DNA of 63,653 nt, filler included, from Folioceros fuciformis (lineage: Eukaryota), in assembly GCA_049999805.1 (NCBI GenBank). It is 10 parts of 10 records of this genome, joined end to end, with 100 filler letters (N's around TTAATTAATTAA, not from the genome) between each part and the next. Parts side by side here need not be neighbours in the genome. Positions count along the whole stretch, not along the records: positions 1 to 12,515 come from JBNGIO010005109.1; positions 12,616 to 21,464 come from JBNGIO010005111.1; 8 more parts are not named here. One strand, written 5' to 3'. This document shows positions 11,404 to 21,564 of this stretch, piece after piece; position 1 is the stretch's first letter, and each line of letters begins with the position of its first letter. The position numbers and the translations under genes were made by a program. The notes below the pieces were generated by a model. It worked only from the letters and a program-made list of their open reading frames with translations, made no database searches and had not been told where the DNA came from.

Positions 11404-12515
11404 ACTGAGGAGTGTCTCCAACACTGGCTGATTAGAGAGGCCTCTTTATACAACGCGTTCAAAGCGGGGGTCACAGCCCGCCATAGAGTCTAGTCTAAAC
11501 AATTAAGCTGCAGAGTGCTCTTGATTGCGAGCGGCATCAGGTCCAAGACAACATCTTCATCAAATCTTCACTAAGCACTATTTTAAGATGCGATAAATTC
11601 TGGCCTATCTCAACGCCCCGCCCGCCTCCTATCTGGCCTTCGCGTCCTTTCCTCGGCCGCCAAATCCTCGGGCTCTCCTCCCCCTCTATTGGTCAAGCAA
11701 GTCCTCCCATAAAACCTCTACCTCACTTTCACTATCGCTTGACTTCTCCTGCTTAAGTATGGGTGGGGTCCGCCGGGGGGTCCTCTCTCCTCCTCCTGGT
11801 TGCCTATTGCTAAGGACCAGTACGGGTTCTTGCTCCACCCAAGCTTGTGCCTCTTTTTTGGTGAGCTCCTCCAAAACGGCCTTCGAATAATAGGGGGTCA
11901 ACCCCCATACTCGGAAGCAATAGGAGAAGCATCCCTTGCGGGTCCTCAGTTGCAGACGGTAGGCCCTGGTCCCTCTTATTACAGTAAGGTTAAGTACATG
12001 GTTCCCATTCACATAGAGGTTGTTTATTAAAACAAGACAAACATCAACAATCTGAGAATCCATGGCTGGGTAGCCCACATATATAATCAAAATCCCCAAG
12101 AGCTCTCGATGAAGTTTGTCCTTGCACCGATGGTAGGCACTTTATAATCCTACTTCTCCTTGGCCTTTGGTCTATTGCCAAATAATAACCAACTAAACAA
12201 CCTAATTCGTCCTTTTCTTATTTTATCATTTTTATATTTATTTTGAAATATATCCACAATGGTTCATATGTGCCATGGCGCTGCTCCTCACATGCATCCA
12301 ACACACATGGTTCACATCCACCATGACACAGACATCCTCTCTCTAGACACACCTTGGCATACATGTCATGTGTAGGCCATCCATGGGCCATGTACATGGC
12401 ATCATCAAGCAGTTCATCATCAGGGCTTATGCCTAGGATGCTCCAGTCAGTATCTAGTCATAGACTCTCAGGTGCTATGTTCTTCATACAGCAACAGCAT
12501 GACAGCCTCCCTTTT

Positions 12516-12615
12516 NNNNNNNNNNNNNNNNNNNNNNNNNNNNNNNNNNNNNNNNNNNNTTAATTAATTAANNNNNNNNNNNNNNNNNNNNNNNNNNNNN
12601 NNNNNNNNNNNNNNN
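12516..12615. other. Artificial contig linker (44 N + TTAATTAATTAA + 44 N). Identical linkers at 21465-21564, 26781-26880, 31211-31310, 43806-43905, 48573-48672, 54572-54671, 59137-59236 and 62287-62386
   Basis: Nine identical 100-nt blocks. The 12-mer places stop codons in all six frames. Confidence 0.98.
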
Positions 12616-13562
12616 GTTTTCTTTCCACCCAATGTGACAAGCATATATCAACCTTTGGACCAAGGGATCATCTGTTCTTTCAAGGCTCAATATTGTAAGT
12701 TGATGATTTCGTACCAATGCAACCAAATCATAGACAATGCGGCTACATCTATCGATGTATATCAAGCAGTGGTTATGCTGGTAAAAGCTTAGACTTCATC
12801 TGTGAGTCCTCATACTATAAGCAATTGTTGGAGGCTTAGCACTTTGGATGCGGAATTGCGTGCACAAGATGCTCAGTTCTATGAGTCTTTGGATCTAAAT
12901 AGCGCACCATATGATCTAGAGGATCTATTGTCGGATCCTCAAAATCACTGTAATTTGTTGGAAACGCAAGTAGAAGAGCTACAACAGTCCATGCGAAGCT
13001 TAACATTATTAACATATGAGGATATGACAGGAATTGCTGATGTTGGATATCCAACGATGACAACTGAAGAGTATATAAACTTTGAGGAGGATGAAGGATT
13101 GGAGACTACGTGTATTCCTACAGAGGACAAAATATGGCAAGCATTAATCCCTCCGCCTGTCAATGAGGAGGGTGAGGAAAATAATACAGCGTCAGTGGAG
13201 ACCATATCGCCAAGACCGCATATGACAAAGGATGCTGTAGATAATGCTATGAGGATAGCGAAGATGTTTTTGGAAGAGATGCCATATAATGCTTTGAAGT
13301 TGCATTCTCAGTTGGAAAAACATATGGCTAGTCATTGGATGAAAGCAACTTGTCATCAATCAAGGATTGATGATTATTTTAACCCATCAAACTAGAATTA
13401 CGTTGGCAGCTATGTAGTGTGAGGGAGCATTTTGGATTTTTTGGAAACTTTTAAGCTCTTTCAAATTTTTGATTAAAAGGATTTTTTATTTTTATTTTCA
13501 GAAAAAGATGAAAATACCTAAACAGAACCCCTCTACATGGGAGGATTTTTGGGGTTTGACTG
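12616..13562 (+). mobile_element. 3' part of a pogo/Tigger (Tc1/mariner superfamily, DDE_1) transposon with right TIR
   Basis: 12616 onward reads VFFPPNVTSIYQPLDQGIICSFKAQY (pogo DDE_1 motif), then VSPHTISNCW and C-terminal QSRIDDYF (ORF 12802-13395). The element ends GGGGTTTGACTG|TA (reverse complement CAGTCAAACCCC, then a TA target). Confidence 0.88.
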
Positions 13563-14005
13563 TACTTGGCCATACTACTTGATGGAAAGTTTCAAGTACT
13601 CCAAAGATAGAAGGAACAACTTGAGTGAGCCAATATTCCCTAGCCATTCGGAATAACTCGAGTAAGCCAACATTCCCTAGCCATTTAGAACATCACATAC
13701 CCAACTATGTCATGGGACAATGTGCCACATAAGAATAACCTGATTCCGAGCACATCTAGTACAAGCATAGGATGCCCCGAGCTGCATCCCAAACACATGC
13801 ATGATCATGGGCCTACCAGCATGCCCGATGGTCTGGTGCTCATGCCAACCCATTGGCACAGATGCCGGGCATCTAGTACCCATGCCAGCTCATGGGCATG
13901 CATGTCAGCTTGGCTAGATAGCCTCATACCACATTCCCGGGTGAGCACATGCTCACGCATCGGCATGGGCATGCTCGAGGTGCCTCAAGCTGAGGATCGA
14001 TGCTA

Positions 14006-14190
14006 GCCCATGGGTATTGAGCATGCCATATCCCAAGCCACATCCTTGGACATGTGCATGCCCATGGATTGGTTGGCATGCTCAGCCATTCGATGCCCAT
14101 GGGTATTGAGCATGTCATATCCCAAGCCACATCCTCGGACATGTGCATGCCCATGGATTGGTTGGCATGCTCGGCCATTTGATGCCCATG
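14006..14190. repeat. 89-bp tandem repeat x2 within a CATG-rich block (~13700-14760; similar composition at ~12250-12515)
   Basis: GCCCATGGGTATTGAGCATG.CATATCCCAAGCCACATCCT.GGACATGTG... at 14006 and 14095. Confidence 0.92.
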
Positions 14191-14225
14191 TTTGCCCATG
14201 GTCATGCACGTCAGCCATGCGTTGA

Positions 14226-14430
14226 CCATTCCAGCCTAGGGGAACTCATGTTTAGCCTTTGGTGCCCATTCCAGCCTAGGGGAACTCATGTTCAGCCTTT
14301 GGTGCCCATTCCAGCCTAGGGGAACTCATGTTCAGCCTTTGGTGCCCATTCTAGCCTAGGGGAACTCATGTTCAGCCTTCGGTGCCCATGCCAGCCCATA
14401 GGCAATCATGTTCACACTTTGGTGTCCATG
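14226..14430. repeat. 40-bp minisatellite, 4 near-perfect units plus 1 diverged
   Basis: CCATTCCAGCCTAGGGGAACTCATGTTCAGCCTTTGGTGC at 14226, 14266, 14306, 14346 and (diverged) 14386. Confidence 0.95.
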
Positions 14431-15089
14431 AGTACTCATGTAGGGCTATCTAAGCAACCTTGGGAACAATCCTAGATACACACATGCCCAGGGCACCCCA
14501 GGCCCGAGGATCCATGCTAGTCCATGGGTACCAAATGTTTTGACTATGTAGGCTTCATCCTTAAATGCACGATTGCTTACAAGCTACCATGGGCATGCCC
14601 ATGGTACCCATGACTTATCTCATGCCTAGATTTCCCATCTTGGACACAATATCTAAGCATACCTTGGACATGGGTATAGCTCTATCTATGCTCCCCAATG
14701 TCCTCGCTGTTGGGCTTGTATTGTGTCCAACGCATGGGTAGGACACCTAAACATTAAGCATGCAAAACGGTATATGACTTAAAGTTACTTTGTATTCTAA
14801 TTTTAATTTAAATATATAACTAATTTTTTTTTATAAATTTTATTCACCCAAAATGTCTAATCATTTTGTCAAAAGTATTCTAAAAAAACTAAAAAAATAA
14901 GAGGTTGCTCAAACTCAATCAAATAAATTATATTTTGAGCATGGTCTAAACTCAAAAAACTGAAATACGGTAGTCTAGAGTATGCAATAATTGCTGGGTA
15001 GTTGCTTTCTACCCATATTACCCACAAAACTATTCTTGATAGATTTTTTTAGAATACAAGATAGAAGATGAGAATGCAATCCTTTTTTT

Positions 15090-17266
15090 CCTTTTATTCT
15101 CGAATCTCTCAAGTTTTGGCGGTTAGTAGGCCACTTGCATTGGAAAAGCCCACCTCAAGAGTGCGCCCTACTGCGGTGGGGGAGGTATTTTTGCGCCTTA
15201 TCAGCCGAAGTATCGCAATTCAACTTCGGGAGTACTTCCAAGCGCATCTTGCACCCCACTAATTTGGGATTGCTACCCTAGGTGGATGTGAATTTGCTGC
15301 TCTCGGCATTCAGGCTACCCTTGAGTTACATCCTCATTGGGTAGCTTTGCAAGTTGATATTGAAAATGCTTTCAACATCGTCTCTAGGGTCGCCATCTTC
15401 TCGGAGCTCAAGAGTGCAAGAGGTCAATTGGCAAATCTTATCCCTTTTGTTCGCTCCTTCTATGGCTCGCCATCCAAGCTCTACTACCAACACGGCCCGA
15501 CTATTGAGGGGGTCTTAGTTTTTGATTCAGCAACAGGCACAAGGCAAGGGGATCCGCTAGGGGGTGCTCTTTCTGCAATGGCGCATTTTCGTGCGTTGTA
15601 CTCTACTGCCTTAGCATTTCGGGAATGCCTTTTTTCTTCCGTGGTTGATGACACCCATATTCTTGGGCAAGGAGTCACAGTCAAAGCAACATTTGATTTC
15701 TTCTCATCAGAGCTCTCCAAGGTGGGGTTGCGGGTCAAGCTATCTAAATGCAGGGTTTGGTCCTCTTCAAGCATCACTCCCCTCCTTCAATATTTGGGGG
15801 GGGATATCACCCCCTCGCAGGGACGTCGAGTCTTGGGTGTGCCAATGGGACCTCTTGATTTTGTTCATAAGTTTGTGGATGAAGCATTGGATGAAGATTT
15901 GGCTCATATCATCGACCTCTCACAAATCGGTGATCCTCATATTGCGTTTGGTATCCTTTCTTCTTATTTTGCACGGCAACCAGGTTACCTCACTAGAACT
16001 ATTGCGCCTTCTCCATTTTTCTTATCAAGTCTCAGGAAGTTTGACAATCAAGTTATGCAGGCTCTTGGGAACATCATAGGTCCGGGCACCTTCGAGTGTG
16101 CTGTCGGTGATTTGGCTTAGAAGTAGGCTTCTTTGCCATTCGCCTTTGGGGGGGTTGGTCTTTTGGCCATGGAGGCCTCTGCCCTAGCTGCCTTTCTCAG
16201 CAGTTGGGCCCTCTCAACTCCAATTTTGGCCTCTCGGTGTTTGCTACAAGATTCCCCTGTTCTTGAAAGTTTTATTTAAGATGTTGAGGAGGGCGTTTTC
16301 CCTTTACAGGTATCTCTTAGGCAAGCGAGGGATTCTCTACCTTTGGAGGCTCATGAGGTTCTACCTCGTTTCACCTCCTTTTCTAGGGAAGGGTTGAAGG
16401 GTCTCCAAGCCTCCATCCTAGAAAAGCAATATGGCCAAGCACTAAGAGCCCTTCTTTCAAACTCATCCATCCCTAGGTCTTCTCGAGCTCGTATTCGATC
16501 TTGTTCAGGTAAAGGAGCATGCTCTTGGCTTTTAGCTCGACCTTGCATCCAGGCGTTTCGAATCGCACCAGCAACTTTCGCCACCGTGATGAGTTTTCGC
16601 TTAGGGTTGGCCCACCCCTTGGCTATTCCTCTCTCTACATGGAGTTGTGGGGTTGCCATTGTTGATACAGGGTCCCATTTGGCACGTTGTCCCGTTGGGG
16701 GACATCGCATTGCCACTCATGATGCAGTTTGAGATGTCATGTTCTCAATGGCTAGGGAGTGCGTGTTCTTCCGTGTAGGGAGCGTCCATATACTTTGTGC
16801 AATGGGGTTTCACTTAGAGCTGACCTTTTCTTCACTAGGGGAGAATAGGTTTGTGTTACTGATGTGGTTGTTATGGATCCCACTAGGGATTGGATTTGTG
16901 AGCACGTCATCATCAACTGCCCTGGTTGGGCAACAGAGGGTTGTGCAAGTGCCAAAGTCCATAAGTATTCTCTCTTGCAAGACGGGCATACTTTCATCCC
17001 TTGCTCTTGAGACTCATGGAGCTATGGGCAAAGACTTTTCAAGGTTTATCAAGGAGTGTGCCAAGGTTTATCAGAGCAATAGGAATGGTGTTCTCCCTCT
17101 TTTCTCTGTGGTGGCCTTCTTTCGACAACGTGTATCCATTGCTTTGCAACGAACATTGGCCAATGCAGTTTTTAGAACAGCAACAAGTGCAGGTCAAGCG
17201 GCTTCTTCGGCACCGGTGGTAGGTAGGCCTTTTGGTATTCTACATCATGACATTTTGAGAGCGTAG
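15090..17266 (+). mobile_element. 5'-truncated CRE-clade non-LTR retrotransposon (RT, zinc knuckle, restriction-like endonuclease), degenerate
   Basis: RT motifs RVRPTAVGEVFLRL, LAPH*FGIATLGGCE, QVDIENAFN, GTRQGDPLG, VVDDTHILG. Then SLPFAFGGVGL, SCGVAIVDTGSHLARCPVGGHRIATHDAV (eroded CCHC), RADLF...DVVVMDP (RLE), ALETHGAMG and RVSIALQR. Confidence 0.85.
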
Positions 17267-18124
17267 TTTTTGAAAATGATGTTTGCAAGCTCGATCTCAG
17301 GCACTTGCCTCTTGGCATCGTCTAATTTGGGCTAAGTACGCAGTACGGATATCCTGCCACTTGCATTCGGTGATTACGTACTTGAATTGCAACTAGATTC
17401 ATGGAGGGATGTTCTTATGCTTCACAACGGATCCGAGCATTCTGTAAAGAGTTCTTTGTAGCAATTGCAAAAATTGTCCATTACAATTCCAAAACCCGTT
17501 GCCGGGAAAATGCCACCATAGTAACACAGCAACGGCCTCAAATCTCGTCTAAACACTCCGCAGCGCTCCACTTACAATTCACTCACTCCCTCTCACACGA
17601 CTCAGCACTAGGCTCCAAGTAGCCCGCCGTCCACTGACAACTCGCAGACCACCTCCTCTAGGTGCTGCTCTTTATTCCAGATACTTACAAAGAGTCTGGC
17701 GATCTACGCCCCACTGGCTACTGCCCTCGACTCTATCTGACAAGCTTGCTCTTCAAGCCCTCTACAGCTATGCCTCCCGGCTAGACTTCTCACTGTCTGC
17801 CTCTTTGTGTATCAGTGTATCACAGTATATCCTTAAGACCCTAACACTGGCCTATTTATACTCCACAGCTAAGCCACTGCTAAAACTGGGAATGATACAC
17901 ACCACTCATCCTAGAATACTAGTGGTAATTACAACTCCATCCTTCTTAGGAGGTTTTGCCTGGAACACACAATTTGTTTCCAAAGGTAGCAAGAAGCATA
18001 CTTGCTTCTTCATCAGGACAGCTCTAGATTTAGCTTTCACCTTTCTACTTTTAACTTTCACCTTGTTTCACTTATGCCACCTTATGCCATTACTCTCTCC
18101 TCCACTAGGAAGATGTCATTGTCC

Positions 18125-19222
18125 TCAATGACCTGCAGTATAACGTGAGATCATCCATGATCCTTGTTGCACATCTTGAAGTGAAACCCAGACAGGATCT
18201 GCAAAATCACGAAGTCTTACTAGATACTCTAGAACATTACCACAGACAAAAGGCACTTCTCTTTCTGCTAGAAATTCAACAATCTCTTGCAGACTATGGT
18301 TATATTGAACCAGGATAACATAGTCTTTCTTGTTCATGTCTTCATTCTCTTTCGAAATCACAAACGGTTTCAGCAAAGAGACATGAAACACATCATGAGA
18401 GAAGATCCAATTAGGCAGTTGTAGTTTGTAAGCCACATTCCCAATGCGCTTTAGAACTACGAAAGGACCTCCATACTTAGGCCTTAACTTTGGGGACAAT
18501 CCTTGAGGTACTGGGAAGTGTTTCAACTTTACCCAAACCTTGTCACCCACTTGAAATTCTGCCTCTTTCCTGTGCCTATCAGCAAACTTCTTTTGCCTGT
18601 CTTGAGCTTTGGCCAAAATCCTCTTAGCAATTTCATGCCTGGCGCTTAACTGCTCAATAAATTCACGTGGTTCTCTTGCTGCTGTCTCAAACACGTCAGC
18701 ATTCAACATGGAAACTGCGTCCATTGCTTCGTTAGCTGTCATCTAAAAAGGTGTATAACCTGTGGAGCTATGTACTGTATTGTTATAACAAAACTCTACA
18801 TCCTCAAGATGATTACTCCAGTTCCTCTGGTCCATTTGTACATAGTGTTGTAAGTATTCCTCTTGGATTCTGTTTACTCTTTCTGTAGATCCATCTGTAT
18901 CGGGGTGATATGCTGTACTTAGACATAGTTGCACTCCCAAGCTCTTCATAAGCTGTTGCCAAATTTCCGCTGTGAATTTGGGATCTCTATCACTCACAAT
19001 TTGCATAGGCAATCCATGTAACAGATAGATATGCTTCTTAAACAATTGAGCAACTTCTAAAGCCTTCACTTGCTTCTTCGTGGGGATAAAGTGTGCTTGC
19101 TTGCTGAACCTATCAACAACTGTCATGATAGCTGTGTATCCATTACTGGGTGGCAATGGCATAACAAAATCCATTGATATACTCTTCCAAGGCCCACTTG
19201 GAATAGGCAGGGGTTGCAACAA
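18125..19222 (-). pseudogene. Gypsy integrase core, GPY/F region and degenerate chromodomain (frameshift ~19220, stop at 18743)
   Basis: Motifs SMDFV, IVSDRD, TERVN, KYGGPF, HDVFHVSLLKP and EIVEFLAER...EYLVRLRDFADPVWV. Confidence 0.9.
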
Positions 19223-20951
19223 ACCTCGGATTTGTCTGCTCTACTTTATCCTGGTGACAGTCTACACAAGACTTCACATACTCTACAGTATTTTTGTACA
19301 TTCCAGGCCAGTAAAACAGCTTCTTCAACTTCTCATAAGTTGTGTCAATTCCCCGATGACCAGCACTTAGCACATCGTGACATTCTGCAAGCAACTTTTT
19401 TCTCAACTCTTGAGAATCAGGAATCACAATCTTGTTTTGCTTGAACATTAACAAGCCATTTCTAAGCTTAAACTTAGACCCCGGTTGCTCTATCTCGTTG
19501 ATCCAATCTTGCACTAATGGATCATGCAAATAAGCCTCCTTAATCTGCGTGTGAGTGTCCCTTGGCTCAATCACCATGTGTGTTGTAGCTAGCTTAGGAT
19601 TCTTCAGCTTAAAAACAGACATTAAACTCAACTCCTGCTTGTGACTAAGAGCATCTGCCACGAGATTTTCCTTCCCTGGCTTGTGCTTAATCTCTACATC
19701 ATACATCGCTAGGAAATCTTGCCATCTAGCTTGTCTAGCATTTAGTCGCAGCTGATTAGAAAAGAAGCTTGTACTTACATTATCTGTGTACAGCACAAAA
19801 GATCTTCCAAGAAGATAGTGTCTCCAAATCTTGAGACAATTGATGACGGCTGTCATCTCCTTCTCATATGTGGGGTATTTCCTCTCATGTTCATGCAACT
19901 TTCTTGATTCGTAAGCCACTGGCCTACCTTCTTGCATAAGCACTCCTCCAATAGCTGTATCTGACGCATCAGTATACACTTCTATATATTTCTTTGGATC
20001 ATAGATTGCTAGTACTGGGGTAGTGCTAAGTTTCAACTTGAGAAACTCAAATGCCCTTTGACATTCTTCATCCCACTTCCATGTCTTCACCTTCTTCAAG
20101 AGATCAGTTAATGGGGCAGCAATTTTGGCAAACATTGGTACAAATCTTCTGTACACGCTAGCCAATCCTAAAAAGATACGCACTTCATGCACATTGCTTG
20201 GCGGCAGCCAACTCTGTATGGCTTTTACCTTACCAGGATCCATCCTGATTCCATCAACAGAGACAATGAATCCAAGGAAGGCTATTTCTTCCTTAACAAA
20301 GTCACACTTTGTTATAGCTAAGAACAAAGAATTTGCCCTTAACCTTTCCAACACTTTCCTCAAGTGTTGGACATGCTCCTCTAAGGTAGAACTGAATATC
20401 AAAATATCATCCAAATAGATCACAACACACTCATCCAACAGATCTCTGAATATACTATTCATGAGAGTCTGAAATGTGGCTGGTGCATTAGTGAGTCCAA
20501 ATGGCATGACTAGAAATTCAAAAGATCCATACCTTGTCCTACAAGCAGTTTTGTATTCATGTCCTTCTGCGATGCGAATCTGGTAATAACCAGCCATCAA
20601 ATCCAGTCTGGTAAAATACTTAGCACCTTTCAACCTGTCCAACATATCATCCATCCTTGGCAAAGGATAGGAATTTTTGACTGTTATCTGGTTGAGTGCT
20701 CTGTAATCCAAGCATAACCTTAATCCTCCATTCTTCTTTCGCGTAAACAATACTGGCGCACCAAATGGGGATTTTGAGACTCTAACATAGCCCTTGGCTA
20801 ACAAGTTAGACATTTGTCTCTTCAATTCTTGAAGCTCATCTAACGACAATCTATATGGCGCTCTTGATGGCGGTACACTTCCTGGCTTTAGATCAATTTC
20901 ATGATCTACAACTCTCCGTTGAGGTAAAGGAGGTAACTCAGTAGGCATCAA
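19143..20951 (-). CDS. Gypsy pol: reverse transcriptase, RNase H and integrase zinc-binding region
   Basis: 602-aa ORF with LCLDYRALN, YPLPRMDD, MPFGLTNAPATFQ, YLDDILIFS, YTDASDTAIGGVL, ADALS and HDVLSAGHRG...CVDC. Confidence 0.93.
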   Translation of the reverse strand: MMPTELPPLPQRRVVDHEIDLKPGSVPPSRAPYRLSLDELQELKRQMSNLLAKGYVRVSKSPFGAPVLFTRKKNGGLRLCLDYRALNQITVKNSYPLPRMDDMLDRLKGAKYFTRLDLMAGYYQIRIAEGHEYKTACRTRYGSFEFLVMPFGLTNAPATFQTLMNSIFRDLLDECVVIYLDDILIFSSTLEEHVQHLRKVLERLRANSLFLAITKCDFVKEEIAFLGFIVSVDGIRMDPGKVKAIQSWLPPSNVHEVRIFLGLASVYRRFVPMFAKIAAPLTDLLKKVKTWKWDEECQRAFEFLKLKLSTTPVLAIYDPKKYIEVYTDASDTAIGGVLMQEGRPVAYESRKLHEHERKYPTYEKEMTAVINCLKIWRHYLLGRSFVLYTDNVSTSFFSNQLRLNARQARWQDFLAMYDVEIKHKPGKENLVADALSHKQELSLMSVFKLKNPKLATTHMVIEPRDTHTQIKEAYLHDPLVQDWINEIEQPGSKFKLRNGLLMFKQNKIVIPDSQELRKKLLAECHDVLSAGHRGIDTTYEKLKKLFYWPGMYKNTVEYVKSCVDCHQDKVEQTNPRFVATPAYSKWALEEYINGFCYAIATQ

Positions 20952-20975
20952 GTCTTTGAACTCATCTAAGACATC

Positions 20976-21464
20976 CTATATCTCCTTTGGAATCTTTGGT
21001 TGCTTCTGAGATTCCATCTCAAGACCATCTTCTAGTCCTTGCAACACCAACAAATAGAGTTCCTCTCCATTTTTGACACAACGCTTGAGCTCTTTGTTAG
21101 AGATGACTTCATCAATCTTGTGCCCAAGCTGATGCTCAACAACTGCACAACTCACTTTGTGCTTTTCATCTCCTACGATCTGTATGGTGCGTGAGTCCAC
21201 GTCTACACATACCTTATTGGCCTTCATCCATTCTAAGCCCAAGATGATTTCATGATCATCCATATCTACAACTGTGAAGCTTGCTTGTCCTGTCCAATTG
21301 CCTATCTGCAAAGGAACTTTTTCTAGCTATCCTAAGAACTGCAGCTTTCCTTTTGCTTGTTTCACTGTACATGGCTCTGAAATACTAGCCCATGTCAAAC
21401 CAAGCTTACTTGCTCTGCCAGGAGAAATGAAATTATGTGTTGCTGCTAGATCAAGCAACATCTT
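20976..21464 (-). pseudogene. Gypsy aspartic protease region
   Basis: MLLDLAATHNFISP at the contig edge (eroded DSGATHNF) and EIILGLEWM. Confidence 0.85.
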
Positions 21465-21564
21465 NNNNNNNNNNNNNNNNNNNNNNNNNNNNNNNNNNNN
21501 NNNNNNNNTTAATTAATTAANNNNNNNNNNNNNNNNNNNNNNNNNNNNNNNNNNNNNNNNNNNN

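Larger units (their letters stand above)
17520..21464 (-). mobile_element. Ty3/Gypsy chromovirus-type LTR retrotransposon (PR-RT-RH-INT-chromo, PPT, 3' LTR), cut by the gap at 21465
   Basis: Pol domain order is Gypsy. PPT GGAGGAGAGAG at ~18093-18103 is followed by TG at 18089. TATAAATA on the minus strand at ~17855. The left LTR boundary is approximate. Confidence 0.92.

Noticed and set aside
12560-12571. Recurrent palindrome TTAATTAATTAA (nine copies)
   Set aside because: Always centred in 44+44 Ns. It is an artificial six-frame-stop linker, not biological.
14226-14430. 40-bp repeats as CRISPR-like array
   Set aside because: Head-to-tail minisatellite without spacers in a eukaryotic TE context.
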